The translations under genes and the position numbers were made by a program. From the NCBI GenBank assembly GCA_965200705.1, contig OZ241376.1:4169844-4233843 (forward strand): 64,000 nucleotides of DNA, in the 5' to 3' direction. Below are positions 36,158-46,270 of the stretch, piece by piece. The stretch comes from Bryobacterales bacterium (GTDB taxonomy: Bacteria > Acidobacteriota > Terriglobia > Bryobacterales > UBA6623). Positions within the stretch are counted from its first letter, which is position 1; each line of letters begins with the position of its first letter. The notes under the pieces were generated by a model. That model was not told the DNA's origin, made no database searches, and worked only from the letters and a program-made list of their open reading frames with translations.

Positions 36158-37618
36158 ATGCTAACCATTCCGAACCGTCATCTCGCTCGATTCTGCGATG
36201 GCTCCTCCCGTAGGGAGTTCATGAAGGTCGGCTCACTGGGTCTCTTTGGGCTGACGCTACAGGACGTTCTGCGCATGCAGGACCAGGCGAAGGCTGCCGA
36301 GGGGCCGAGCAGATACGCCGGATCCACGGGTTACGGCTCCGCCAAGTCGGTGATCGTGCTCTTCCTGCAGGGAGGACCGTCCCACATCGACATCTGGGAC
36401 CCGAAGCCGGATGCGCCCTCGAACGTGCGCGGCGAGTTCAAGTCCATCAAGTCCAAGGTGCCCGGCATTCACCTCAGCGAGACGATGCCAATGCTCGCCG
36501 ACGCGGTCGACAAGTGCACGCTGATCCGCTCCATGAGCTACACGCCCGCCGGTTTGTTCAACCACACCGCTGCGATCTACCAGATGCTCACCGGCTACGA
36601 ACCCACCGAGGTTTCGCCCTCTGGTCAGCTCGAGCCGCCATCGCCGAACGACTACCCCACGGCGGGATCCTGGATCACGAAGTTCCGTCCGCCGAACGAG
36701 CCCGTGCTGCCGTTCGTCGAACTGCCCCGACCCCTGCAGGAGTCAAGCGTCATTGGCAAGGGCGGTGCCGCTGGCTTCATCGGCAAGGCGTTTGATCCCT
36801 ACCGGCTCTACCAGGACCCGAACCAGTCCATTCAGCTCGATGATCTGGAACTGCGCAAGGAAGTGCCTGCGGATCGTCTCAAGAGCCGATTCGAGCTGCT
36901 GCGCGGCATCAACGACTCCATGCCCGCCCTGGAAAAGGCCGTTGACAGCTATGCGCTCGATCGGTACTACCAGAACGCATTCGACCTCGTGCTTTCCGGC
37001 AAGGCTCGCAACGCCTTCGATCTGTCCATGGAGTCCGACGACATGCGGGATCGCTATGGACGGTTCACATTCGGTCAGGGCGCCCTCATGGCCAGGCGCC
37101 TGGTGCAGGCAGGTACGCGGATGGTTCAGCTCAACTGGCCGTCCGTGGCAAACGGCGATCCCGAGACCACAGCGTGGGACACGCACGCAGCGAACTTCGG
37201 TCCGCTCCGCGAACTGCACTGTCCGAAGCTCGACCGAACCCTGTCAACGCTACTCACCGACATGCAGCAGAAGGAGCTCCTCGACGACACGCTCGTGGTC
37301 GCGGTTGGCGAGTTCGGTCGCTCGCCCCGCTTGGGCGTTTCGACCTCCGGAAACACAAACTCACCGGACGGGCGTGACCACTGGCCGTACTGCTACACGG
37401 CGATGGTCGCCGGCGCCGGCATCCCCGGTGGACGCCTGTATGGTGAGTCGGACGCGACGGCTTCCTCTCCGAAGGAGAAGCCAGTGCACCCGAATGACCT
37501 TCTGGCGACGATCTACTATGCGCTCGGGATCGACCCGAACCAGGAGATCCTGAACCATCTGAGCCAACCTCGGGATCTGGTCAAGGGCAAGCCCTTGATG
37601 GATCTCTGGATCGGCTAA
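36158..37618 (+). CDS. DUF1501 domain protein (sulfatase-fold, Tat signal)
   Basis: SRREFMKVGSLGLFGL Tat motif, then VIVLFLQGGPSHIDIWDPKPDAP and GEFGRSP...DGRDHW. Confidence 0.85.
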   Translation: MLTIPNRHLARFCDGSSRREFMKVGSLGLFGLTLQDVLRMQDQAKAAEGPSRYAGSTGYGSAKSVIVLFLQGGPSHIDIWDPKPDAPSNVRGEFKSIKSKVPGIHLSETMPMLADAVDKCTLIRSMSYTPAGLFNHTAAIYQMLTGYEPTEVSPSGQLEPPSPNDYPTAGSWITKFRPPNEPVLPFVELPRPLQESSVIGKGGAAGFIGKAFDPYRLYQDPNQSIQLDDLELRKEVPADRLKSRFELLRGINDSMPALEKAVDSYALDRYYQNAFDLVLSGKARNAFDLSMESDDMRDRYGRFTFGQGALMARRLVQAGTRMVQLNWPSVANGDPETTAWDTHAANFGPLRELHCPKLDRTLSTLLTDMQQKELLDDTLVVAVGEFGRSPRLGVSTSGNTNSPDGRDHWPYCYTAMVAGAGIPGGRLYGESDATASSPKEKPVHPNDLLATIYYALGIDPNQEILNHLSQPRDLVKGKPLMDLWIG

Positions 37619-37666
37619 GTCTGCGCCACGCCCAACGAACGAGGGCACGGCGGAAGGGTCTTGGTT

Positions 37667-38443
37667 CTAGTTCCCGGACCAGACGGGTTCCCGCTTTTCC
37701 AGGAAGGCGCAAATGCCCTCTTGGGCGTCAGAGGCGAGCGCGTTCATGGTCATGACTTCCTTCGTGTAGTCATAGGCCTTGGGCTGGTCCAGATCAATCT
37801 GGGCGTAGAAGGCTTGCTTGCCCAACGCGACAGTCAGGCTGCTCGCTTGAGCTATGTCCTTGGCTAGGGCGTTTGTGGCAGCCTCGATCTCGTCGTGCGG
37901 CACGACCCGATTGACGAGGCCCCAATCTGCGGCGGTTGCGGCATCGATGCGCTTCCCGGTAAGCAGCATCTCCAATGCACGCTTGCGCCCAATGGACCGT
38001 GTCACCGCGACCATCGGAGTGCTGCAGAAGAGACCGATCTTGACACCAGGAGTGGCGAACTGAGACCGCTCGGAGGCCAACACCAAGTCGCACGTGGCAA
38101 CGAGCTGGCATCCGGCCGCCGTGGCCAGGCCGTCGACCTGAGCAATGACTGGCTGAGGGATCGCTTGGATCGCACCCATCATCTCCGTGCACTGGTCGAA
38201 GACACGCCGGTAGGACCGGAGATCGCCTCCCGTCATCTCCCGGAGATCGTGACCGGACGAGAACACGGGTCCCTGGGCGGAAATGATTACGGCATCAACG
38301 CTCGAGTCCTCGCCTATGGCCTGGATGGCAGCTGTGATCTCCTTCATCGCCCTTAGCGACAGCGTGTTGCGTCGCTTCGGATTCGTCAGCACAAGCCGAG
38401 CGATGCCGTCCGTCCGCCGCACCTGCAGGGTGTCCGTGGTCAT
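37667..38443 (-). CDS. Enoyl-CoA hydratase/isomerase family protein
   Basis: ORF 37667..38500. The internal ATG 38443 gives MTTDTLQVRRTDGIARLVLTNPKRRNTLS...VFSSGHDL...VIAQVDGLATAAGCQL. Confidence 0.8.
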   Translation of the reverse strand: MTTDTLQVRRTDGIARLVLTNPKRRNTLSLRAMKEITAAIQAIGEDSSVDAVIISAQGPVFSSGHDLREMTGGDLRSYRRVFDQCTEMMGAIQAIPQPVIAQVDGLATAAGCQLVATCDLVLASERSQFATPGVKIGLFCSTPMVAVTRSIGRKRALEMLLTGKRIDAATAADWGLVNRVVPHDEIEAATNALAKDIAQASSLTVALGKQAFYAQIDLDQPKAYDYTKEVMTMNALASDAQEGICAFLEKREPVWSGN

Positions 38444-38588
38444 GGTGGGGTCAGCATAGCAAGGGGTCTGACGGCCACTGCCGCCGCTTGGCCGGCTCAC
38501 TGGCTGCCGTCCGAAAGTTCAGGGCTACGGCAGCTCCGGATGCCGCCAAGCGGCTTGCCATCCACCACTTCCAGGGTTTCCACGAATC

Positions 38589-38616
38589 TTGGCTCAAGCC
38601 GCGAGTCGGGTATAGT
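38589..38616 (+). promoter_or_regulatory. Sigma-70-like promoter TTGGCT-16 nt-TATAGT just upstream of the GntP-family gene
   Basis: ttggct at 38589-38594 and tatagt at 38611-38616. The first start codons follow at 38619 (GTG) and 38628 (ATG), leaving almost no leader. Confidence 0.35.
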
Positions 38617-38627
38617 CTGTGGAATCC

Positions 38628-39986
38628 ATGCATCCCATCTTGATTCTGCTGATCTCGATGGCGGTGGTCTTTCTCCTGATCATCCGGTGGAAGATCAACG
38701 CATTCGTCGCGCTCATCTTGTCGGCCATCCTGATTGGTCTGCTTTCCCCCAATGTTGCGGTCGACGAGATCATGGGCGCCGTCACGGACTCCTTCGGGGG
38801 CCTTGTAGGTCGCATCGGCGTGGCGATCGCGATGGCCGCTGTGATTGGTCAGTGTCTGATGGAGAGCGGCGCGGCGGAGAAGATCACCAGGCGCTTTGTG
38901 GCTTGGCTGGGCGAGAGGTACTCGTCGTTCTCCATGGTCATCAGTGGCTACATCCTTTCGATTCCGGTCTTCCACGACACCGTCTTCTATCTGCTGGTGC
39001 CGCTGGCGCGCTCGATGAGCATGCGTGTCGGAGGACGGAACTACTTGCTCTACACCCTGGCCATCGGGGCCGGCGGCGTAACGACTCACATCTTCGTCCC
39101 TCCTACGCCCGGTCCACTTGCGATGGCGGAGACGCTGGGCATCGACCTTGGCATCGTGATCATCGTCGGCCTCATCGTTGCGGTGCCATCAGCCCTCGCC
39201 TGCTGGGCGTACGCCTACTGGATCGACAAGAAGCTGAATATCAGCATTCGGGAAGCACCCGGGCTGACCCTCAAGGAACTCGAGGAAGTCGCGCATCGCC
39301 CCGAGTCGGAGTTGCCGGCGTTCATTCCCTCTCTGCTTCCCATTGCTCTGCCGGTGCTCCTGATCACGGCCAATACGGTGTCGAACACGTTCTTCCCGGG
39401 CACGATGCTCAGCGATGTCACGGCATTCCTGGGCAATGCCAACTTCGCCCTGATCCTCTCGGCCTGCGCAGCTCTCTGGCTGCTGGCCTCGCACAAGGGT
39501 CTGACGCTGGTCCAGCTCGCGAAGCCGGTCGAGGAAGCCATCAAGAGCGGTGGACTGATCATCCTGATCACCGCGGCTGGTGGAGCATTCGGCCGGATGC
39601 TGGTAAAGGCCGACGTGGGCACCGTGATCGGCGGTTTCGCCCAGGACGTCGGGATGTCGCTTCTGCTGCTTGGGTTCGGCGTGTCGATGCTGTTCCGCAT
39701 CGCGCAAGGCTCAGCGACGACGGCCATGATCACGACCTCCGAGATCCTCGCGCCGATTATTCTCGCGAGTCCTCCTGGCTATCACGCGGTGTACATCCTG
39801 ACAGCGATTGGATCCGGTTCGATCGTTGGAGGGTGGATGAACGACTCAGGGTTCTGGGTCTTCAAGACCATGACGGGCCTGACCGAAGTCGAGGCTCTCA
39901 AGACCAAGACGGTTTCGCTGTTCGCCCTCGGCGGTGCTGGCATCGCCGCCTCGTACTTGGGGGCCACCCTGTTCCCCCTAGTGTGA
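38628..39986 (+). CDS. GntP-family (gluconate:H+ symporter-like) permease
   Basis: ORF 38619..39986. MHPILILLISMAVVFLLIIRWKINAFVALILSAILIGL..., polytopic throughout, with C-terminal DSGFWVFKTMTGL. Confidence 0.8.
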   Translation: MHPILILLISMAVVFLLIIRWKINAFVALILSAILIGLLSPNVAVDEIMGAVTDSFGGLVGRIGVAIAMAAVIGQCLMESGAAEKITRRFVAWLGERYSSFSMVISGYILSIPVFHDTVFYLLVPLARSMSMRVGGRNYLLYTLAIGAGGVTTHIFVPPTPGPLAMAETLGIDLGIVIIVGLIVAVPSALACWAYAYWIDKKLNISIREAPGLTLKELEEVAHRPESELPAFIPSLLPIALPVLLITANTVSNTFFPGTMLSDVTAFLGNANFALILSACAALWLLASHKGLTLVQLAKPVEEAIKSGGLIILITAAGGAFGRMLVKADVGTVIGGFAQDVGMSLLLLGFGVSMLFRIAQGSATTAMITTSEILAPIILASPPGYHAVYILTAIGSGSIVGGWMNDSGFWVFKTMTGLTEVEALKTKTVSLFALGGAGIAASYLGATLFPLV

Positions 39987-40014
39987 ACCTTAAGGCGGCT
40001 CTGAACCGCTCTGG

Positions 40015-41598
40015 CTAACGCCCTGGGGCCTCCTTGGCATGCTCGTACAGCAGCTCTCCCTGCTCGTTGAAGAATCGGAACTCGAGGCGTGCCCTATCGC
40101 CACTCGGCACCACAGAGATCAGAAGGAACCCGCCACTCGCCTCTGGCGAGTGAAACGGCTGCCGGATCTTGCCTTCGGGGTCCGTAGTGTTCGCATCTCC
40201 GGGAAAGCTGCCGATGATCGAGTTGGCGTCCACGAGGGCTCCCGACGAAAACTCCTCATAGCCGTCGGGACGAATCGAGCGGTACTGCCAGTGGCGGTCC
40301 CCGCAGGCGATGAAGAACTCGTCACTTCCGATGTCGTTCGCAGCCAGCCACGCGAAGAACTCGTCGCCCTCGTGGCGGTAACCGTTCAAGTTCGTGTGGT
40401 TGTCGCGCTTCGAGCCGCTGTCAGGGCCGATCATCGGCGTTGAAGAAATGAGCAGCTTGAACGTGGCGTCGCTGGCCTTCAGGGTTGTCTTTAGCCACTC
40501 CTTCTGTTCCGCACCCCAAATCGTCTTGTCTGGGCCGTCGGGCTGGTCCAGTGGGCTGCGGTAGTCGCGACCCTCCACGAACCAGACCTGCAGATCCCTG
40601 CTGACACGGTGCGTTCGGTAGGTCACAGGGTCGCGCTCGTCCGGATCCACGACCGGCAGTTGCTCCTGGAACACTGCGATGCCCAGCTCGTGCGAGGGCA
40701 GGAAGCCGGACCCGGATTCGCCCTCGTGGATGTTGGTGCGCGGATAGTACGCAAGCTGTTTGGGAGCACGGATTCGCACGGCGTTCACTGCGTCAGAGTC
40801 GTCGAACCTGTGGTCGTGGTCGTCCTTCATCCAGTACGTCGCAGTGGCACGGAAGAGGTCGAGGAATCGTGGCTGGGAGTACTGCTCGTGGTGCTTCTTG
40901 CGCATCTCGTGGCGCGTCTGCGCACGGCCACGATGGCCCGGATGGTCGTAGTACACGTTGTCACCGGTACCTACGAAAAAGTCCGCCTTCTGCTTGGCGA
41001 TCTGCGCCAGTGCCGGATAGCCGAGGTGCTTGTCGGGACCGTCGTACGGGACTCCGCCGGGCCTGCCCGTGTAGTGGAAGAACGAATAGTTCATCCCGGT
41101 CACGACCGCGAAGCTATACGCTCCCGCCATGTCCTCGCCAGCGAGCGTGCGGAACGTGGCAGGGTCTGAGGTGCGCTGGCGATCCTTGCGAGGCCCGAAA
41201 TGGAGGCGGTAGTGGTATCGGGTCGCCCGCTGCAGCCCGACGAGCTTCTGTTTGACGATGAAGTCCCCGTACGGTGACGCCTCGAGCCACCCGCTTAGGC
41301 GCGAGTTCGAGAATTCCTCGTTGTCGGCGATTTCGAAGCGGGCCCAGCCATCCGCACCGCGCACCCCCTCCCAGCGGGGATCTTGATGGGGACTGGAGGA
41401 GGCGAGCCGGGACTGCAGGATGACCGAAGTCTCCCCGACCTCGCCCGCCATGATTCCCTGTCGCAGATTGATCGGGAAGTCCGGCTCTTGGGCGTGGCCG
41501 TAGGAAGCCAGCACGGCCGCGACCACCAGCGCGGATCGAAATCGATGCCAGTGGCCTCCCGCTCGCTGTCGCACGCGATCGATCGAAAGTTGGCTCAC
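40015..41598 (-). CDS. PhoD-like alkaline phosphatase/phosphodiesterase
   Basis: ORF 40015..41877. GTG 41598 gives a signal peptide (ALVVAAVLASYGHAQEP) and avoids overlap with lpxD. Contains FFVGTGDNVYYD and YWMKDDHDHRFDDSD metallophosphatase motifs. Confidence 0.7.
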   Translation of the reverse strand: MSQLSIDRVRQRAGGHWHRFRSALVVAAVLASYGHAQEPDFPINLRQGIMAGEVGETSVILQSRLASSSPHQDPRWEGVRGADGWARFEIADNEEFSNSRLSGWLEASPYGDFIVKQKLVGLQRATRYHYRLHFGPRKDRQRTSDPATFRTLAGEDMAGAYSFAVVTGMNYSFFHYTGRPGGVPYDGPDKHLGYPALAQIAKQKADFFVGTGDNVYYDHPGHRGRAQTRHEMRKKHHEQYSQPRFLDLFRATATYWMKDDHDHRFDDSDAVNAVRIRAPKQLAYYPRTNIHEGESGSGFLPSHELGIAVFQEQLPVVDPDERDPVTYRTHRVSRDLQVWFVEGRDYRSPLDQPDGPDKTIWGAEQKEWLKTTLKASDATFKLLISSTPMIGPDSGSKRDNHTNLNGYRHEGDEFFAWLAANDIGSDEFFIACGDRHWQYRSIRPDGYEEFSSGALVDANSIIGSFPGDANTTDPEGKIRQPFHSPEASGGFLLISVVPSGDRARLEFRFFNEQGELLYEHAKEAPGR

Positions 41599-41636
41599 AG
41601 TCTTCGCCCTCCAGCCTCTGCTTCGTTCCACCCGGA

Positions 41637-42659
41637 TCAGGACTCCTCTTCCAAGAGGTCGACTCGCTTCTTCAGCTTGCGGACGGCACGGTCCAGGCCG
41701 GGCAGTCGATTGAAGACTGCCGTCGACCTCAGCCAGGTACGGTTGTCGAAGGCTGGCGAGCCCGACATCCTTGATCCGTCCGGGACATCGCCGCCCACGC
41801 CGGACTGGGCGGTCACCACCACCTGATTGCCGATGTGCAGGTGGTTGATGATGCCGACCTGGCCAGCCAGGATGCACTCCGATCCAAGGCTCGTACTACC
41901 GGCGATCCCGACTTGGGCGCAAAGGATTGAGTTCGATCCGATCTTGACCGCATGACCGATCTGCACGAGGTTGTCGATGATTGTGCCGTGGCAGATCCGA
42001 GTCTCGCCGACCGCCGCTCGGTCGATGCAGGATCCCGCTTGAATCTCGACATCGTCTTCGATCACGACCCGCCCGGCCTGAACGATCTTCTTGTGCGAGC
42101 CGTCGTTTCGCCGTGCGAAACCAAACCCGTCCGAGCCGACCGTCACGCGCTGATGAAGGACGACGCGGTCGCCGATCTGTGTGTCGTGGCAGACCGTCAC
42201 GCCGGTGTGTGCGACGAAGTCGTCGCCGATCTGGCTGTCGCGCTCGACGACCACTTGCGGATGCAGTTCGGCGCGGTCGCCAACCACGACGCCGTCCTCA
42301 ACGACTACATACGGTCCTATCGACGCGTCCGCGCCGATCTGCGCCGAGTCACTGATCACCGCAGTCGCATGGATGCCCGTCGCAGGACGCTTTCTGGGGT
42401 GGAACATCTCGAGCGCACGGGCGAAATCCAGGTAGGGGTTGGATGACACGAGCACGGCGATCTCGGCACCTGCTGGCCGTCTCTCGGCAAGCAGGGCTGC
42501 AGCGTGCGTCTCGTGCACCAGGCGTTCGTAGCGGGGATTCGAGAGGAACGTCAGGTGGTTTGGACCAGCGTCCTCCAGGCCTCTGACACCGCTGATCTCA
42601 ATGCTTGGATCGCCGCTCAGCTTGCAGCCGAGGGCGGATGCGATTTCGCCGAGAGTCAT
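41637..42659 (-). CDS. lpxD: UDP-3-O-acylglucosamine N-acyltransferase
   Basis: ORF 41637..42818. ATG 42659 gives MTLGEIASALGCKLSGDPSIEISGVRGLEDAGPNHLTFLSNPRY, followed by extended hexapeptide repeats. The 4-nt ATGA overlap with the upstream gene suggests translational coupling. Confidence 0.85.
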   Translation of the reverse strand: MTLGEIASALGCKLSGDPSIEISGVRGLEDAGPNHLTFLSNPRYERLVHETHAAALLAERRPAGAEIAVLVSSNPYLDFARALEMFHPRKRPATGIHATAVISDSAQIGADASIGPYVVVEDGVVVGDRAELHPQVVVERDSQIGDDFVAHTGVTVCHDTQIGDRVVLHQRVTVGSDGFGFARRNDGSHKKIVQAGRVVIEDDVEIQAGSCIDRAAVGETRICHGTIIDNLVQIGHAVKIGSNSILCAQVGIAGSTSLGSECILAGQVGIINHLHIGNQVVVTAQSGVGGDVPDGSRMSGSPAFDNRTWLRSTAVFNRLPGLDRAVRKLKKRVDLLEEES

Positions 42660-43477
42660 GCGACGAACAAGTCCCAGTAACGGACAAGAATAGCGTTGCC
42701 TGCCAGCAGCGATCCGTAGGCGGCGACCGACAGATAGCTGCCGAGGGGCAGGGGACTGCGCCAGCTCTTGCCCCGCAGCATGACTCCTGCGACGCCACCC
42801 ACCATCGCTAGCAGGCATCCAATCAGGACAACGAGAACACTCTCGGCTGTGCCTAGGAACGCGGCGATCATCGCAGCCAGCTTGACGTCGCCGAATCCAA
42901 GGCCTTCGATGCCGCGCAGTCGGAAGAACGCTTCGCTGATCGTCAGCAAGGTGCCCCCGAAGAGCACGGCACCGAGGATGGATTCAGTCAGCGAGACGAC
43001 CCACTGCTCGGGATGGATGCCGGCTAAGAAGTACAGAACCGTGGCAAGTCCTGGTTGCAGAGGCACGAGCACACTGAACCCGATGCCTATGGCCAGCCCA
43101 CCGATGGTGACCTGATCCGGCAGCAGGAAGTGCTCCAGGTCGGTGAAGAAGAGCACGATCAGCATCGACGCGAAGATTGCGTTCTTGTAGGTCGCGGCGT
43201 TCAGCCCGCCACTGGCAACAAGAGTTGCGAACGTGACTCCCGTTAGGAGTTCGACGAACGGGTACCGCAGCGAGATTGGGGTGCCGCAGGTCCTGCATCT
43301 GCCACGCAGGAGCGCGAAGCTCAGCAGGGGAATGTTGTCGTACCAGGCGATCTTCGTATCGCAGTGCGTGCAGCGGGAACGGGGGGCGACCACGGACTCA
43401 CCCGTCGGCCAGCGGTGAATGCAGACGTTGAGAAAGCTCCCAACAAGCAGTCCGAACGCGTAGGCCGCTGTGACCAC
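42656..43477 (-). CDS. pilD: Prepilin peptidase (A24 family, type IV leader peptidase/N-methyltransferase)
   Basis: GSFLNVCIHRWP...SRCTHCDTKIAWYDNIPLLSFALLRGRCRTCGTPI, with two CxxC pairs and polytopic membrane segments containing GFGDVKL. Confidence 0.8.
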   Translation of the reverse strand: MVTAAYAFGLLVGSFLNVCIHRWPTGESVVAPRSRCTHCDTKIAWYDNIPLLSFALLRGRCRTCGTPISLRYPFVELLTGVTFATLVASGGLNAATYKNAIFASMLIVLFFTDLEHFLLPDQVTIGGLAIGIGFSVLVPLQPGLATVLYFLAGIHPEQWVVSLTESILGAVLFGGTLLTISEAFFRLRGIEGLGFGDVKLAAMIAAFLGTAESVLVVLIGCLLAMVGGVAGVMLRGKSWRSPLPLGSYLSVAAYGSLLAGNAILVRYWDLFVA

Positions 43478-43482
43478 TGCCC

Positions 43483-44409
43483 TTACCTCGTTCCCGACGG
43501 CTCCCGTCCGGCGAGCACATGCTCGTACAGCATCAATGTCCGCTTGGCGACGCTGTCGATTCCAAACTCCATGGAAGCCCTCTTTCGGGCCGCTTCGCCC
43601 ATCCGGGATCGCAGCAACGGGTCGTCTCGCAGACGGACTAGGGCGTCTGCGATTGCCTCGGGATCATTGTCAACCAGCAGACCAGTCTTGCCCTCGTCCA
43701 CTGCCTCAGGAATCCCCCCAACCCTGCTTGCGACCGTCGCCAGCCCGAAGGTCATCGCCAGCAGGATCGCGGAGCCAAACCCCTCCGATCTGGACAGATA
43801 GAGAAAGACATCCGCCGACCGAAGGTCGTGCTGGAGTTGGGCTGAAAAGGCTAGATCGACCCCAGCCAGCTTGCACGCCGAGACTGCCAGATCCCGACCC
43901 TTGAGCGGATCGCTGAGGTTTGGAGCCATGGCGCGGAACACTCCGCTGTCCGCGACGCGAGGTCGCGCAGATGCGTCCGCAGGAAGTGGCGGTGCGGCAT
44001 CGGGGATGACCGAGATCCGTTCGCGAGACACGTCGGCGTCCACCAGCACAGACGCCACGTGTTGGGACACGGCGATGAAGTGGGCTGGCTGGCTGTACTT
44101 CCAACGGGAGGGGAAGCTCGATCGGGGCGGGAACGCCACCCGCCTCGAGACCACCACTGGTTTCCTTCTGCCGTGGAGCAGTGCCAATGTGTGTGCCCGT
44201 GCGTCATGCGCATGGATCAGGTCACATGTCCGGGCGTGACGGCGAACCCCCAGCGCTGACGCTTCGTGACTGGTGCGCGACCCTCGGAGGGCCGGGCCGC
44301 CTAGGAGCGTCTGATCGCAGCCCAGGTTCGCGAGGGCGTCGTAGAGCATCTGAGCCTGATACTGGCCGCCCCGCATCTCCCGGCCTGTATCGAGGTGCAG
44401 GATGCGCAT
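43483..44409 (-). CDS. Glycosyltransferase family 4 (GT-B)
   Basis: MRILHLDTGREMRGGQ... and the C-terminal SRSEGFGSAILLAMTFGLATVASRVGGIPEAVDEGKTGLLV (E-x7-E region). Confidence 0.8.
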   Translation of the reverse strand: MRILHLDTGREMRGGQYQAQMLYDALANLGCDQTLLGGPALRGSRTSHEASALGVRRHARTCDLIHAHDARAHTLALLHGRRKPVVVSRRVAFPPRSSFPSRWKYSQPAHFIAVSQHVASVLVDADVSRERISVIPDAAPPLPADASARPRVADSGVFRAMAPNLSDPLKGRDLAVSACKLAGVDLAFSAQLQHDLRSADVFLYLSRSEGFGSAILLAMTFGLATVASRVGGIPEAVDEGKTGLLVDNDPEAIADALVRLRDDPLLRSRMGEAARKRASMEFGIDSVAKRTLMLYEHVLAGREPSGTR

Positions 44410-44412
44410 CGG

Positions 44413-45156
44413 CTATGCCTTGGCCAGCTTGCGGGCCTTTGAGTACTTCAAGTATCCGTACCGCGATGCCATCCAGGCGATGGCGAGACCCTGCGCACCG
44501 TCGAGGAATCCCAGCTGCAGCGCGTAGGCCTTGAAGAACGTGAACGGTGGCGTCAACAGAACCCGCCAAAGGGGTGCGCTCCGTCCGAGCGCCCGGATCT
44601 CTTCCGCGGCGAGGTCCGTGTAGCGATCCACGCGTTCCCGGTGCTCGATGAGCGTGTCACAGGTGTGGTGCAGGAGGTCGCCGTCCAGCTCCTCCACTGG
44701 CCCCGATGTCGTGACCGATTCGTGAACGTAGTCTCCCATCCACTTGGCCCGGTCGCGCCGGTAGAGACGCACCTTGCGGTCGGGATACCAGCCTGAGTGG
44801 CGGATCCAGCGGCCGCAATAGTGCGCCATGCGCGGGAACGAGTAGCCCGCGCATGCGGATTCTCCATCGCCTAGGCGCTGGATGCTTGCCGCTAGGTCAG
44901 CCCCCACCTCCTCGTCGCCATCGATCGAGAGGATCCAGTCGTTCGCCGCCGCCGAGGCCGCGAAATTCTTCTGGGCTGCGTACCCTGGCCATGCCCGCCG
45001 GATCACTCTGGCACCCAGTTCTTCTGCGATCTCCACGGTGCGGTCCGTCGAGCCGGAGTCGATCAGCAGGACTTCGTCGCAGAACGCCACCGAACGGATG
45101 GCACGTGCGATCTTGGCTTCTTCGTCCAGAGCGATGATCGTTGCCGAGACTCGCAC
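44413..45156 (-). CDS. Glycosyltransferase family 2 (LPS-core type)
   Basis: ORF 44413..45204. GTG 45156 avoids a 32-nt overlap with the upstream gene. SATIIALDEEAKIARAIRSV...EVLLIDSGSTDRTVEIA...ILSIDGDEE. Confidence 0.75.
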   Translation of the reverse strand: MRVSATIIALDEEAKIARAIRSVAFCDEVLLIDSGSTDRTVEIAEELGARVIRRAWPGYAAQKNFAASAAANDWILSIDGDEEVGADLAASIQRLGDGESACAGYSFPRMAHYCGRWIRHSGWYPDRKVRLYRRDRAKWMGDYVHESVTTSGPVEELDGDLLHHTCDTLIEHRERVDRYTDLAAEEIRALGRSAPLWRVLLTPPFTFFKAYALQLGFLDGAQGLAIAWMASRYGYLKYSKARKLAKA

Positions 45157-45172
45157 TGTCCATGCGTCGACG

Positions 45173-46180
45173 CTAGTGGACGTAATGTCCGTTCCGGACG
45201 ACACCCGGAAGCGACTTGGTCATCAGATCGGTGGCCTCGCCCACGATCCGGTCGAACAGCTCCTGAACGGTCGGCACGTCACGAATAAGGCCAATCACTT
45301 GGCCGCTCGAGAAGACGCCTTGGCTCATGTCGCCCGTCTCGATCATCTTGCGGCCCTCTAGGCCAGACATGAACTGCTTGATGTCTTGGATGGTGGCGTC
45401 ACCGCGAGCCTCGATCTCCAGTACCTTGTTGGCGTTGTCGTTGGCAAGATAGCGCGCTGTGTTGCGCAGCGACCGCATCAGCAGCCGGGTGTCGCGCTCC
45501 GACGCGCCGACAAGAGCCTGCTTCACCCGGTCATGGATCGGGCACTCTGCCACCGCAACGAAACGCGTGCCCATGTTCATGCCCTCCGCGCCCAGCGCTA
45601 GCGACGCGACGAGGCCGCGACCGTCACCGAATCCGCCTGACGACACGACGGGGATGTCGAGGGCGTCGGATGCGAGCGGAATTAGGATCAGCGACGTGAC
45701 ATCGTCCTCGCCCGGATGTCCGGCGCACTCGAAGCCATCGATGCTCACTGCTGCACAACCGATCTTCTGGGCCTTGATGGCGTGCCGCACCGACGTGCAC
45801 TTGTGAATCACCTTGATTCCGGCTTCGGTCAGCATCGGCATGAACGCCTCGGGGTTGCGACCCGCGGTCTCGATGAACTTCACGTCCTCGTCGATGCAGA
45901 CCTGCACGTAGGCTGGGAAGTCCGGTGGTCGCAGCGAAGGCAGGAACGTCAGGTTGATGCCGAACGGCTTCGAGGTCAGGCGCCGGACCTTGCGAATCTC
46001 GTCACGCAGCTTCTCCGGCGTGTCGTGTGTAAGTGCGGTCATGAATCCAATACCGCCTGCTTCCGCCACGGCTGCGGCCAGTTCCGCCCGCGCCAGCCAC
46101 ATCAGCCCGCCTTGGATGATGGGATACTCAATCCCGAACATTTCTGTGATTCTTGTTTTGAACATGTTCCTGTGGCTCAT
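45173..46180 (-). CDS. Nitronate monooxygenase / FabK-like NAD(P)H-dependent flavin oxidoreductase
   Basis: ITEMFGIEYPIIQGGLMWLARAELAAAVAEAGGIGF...VVSSGGFGDGRGLVASLALGAEGMNMGTRF. Confidence 0.8.
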   Translation of the reverse strand: MSHRNMFKTRITEMFGIEYPIIQGGLMWLARAELAAAVAEAGGIGFMTALTHDTPEKLRDEIRKVRRLTSKPFGINLTFLPSLRPPDFPAYVQVCIDEDVKFIETAGRNPEAFMPMLTEAGIKVIHKCTSVRHAIKAQKIGCAAVSIDGFECAGHPGEDDVTSLILIPLASDALDIPVVSSGGFGDGRGLVASLALGAEGMNMGTRFVAVAECPIHDRVKQALVGASERDTRLLMRSLRNTARYLANDNANKVLEIEARGDATIQDIKQFMSGLEGRKMIETGDMSQGVFSSGQVIGLIRDVPTVQELFDRIVGEATDLMTKSLPGVVRNGHYVH

Positions 46181-46270
46181 CGCGCCACTGTTGATTCAAG
46201 TTACACGAGCCGCACGCCCGGAGGGAACCTCCGCGCTTTCTCCGCTGATTCGCGTCCTTGGGTGCGCGGC

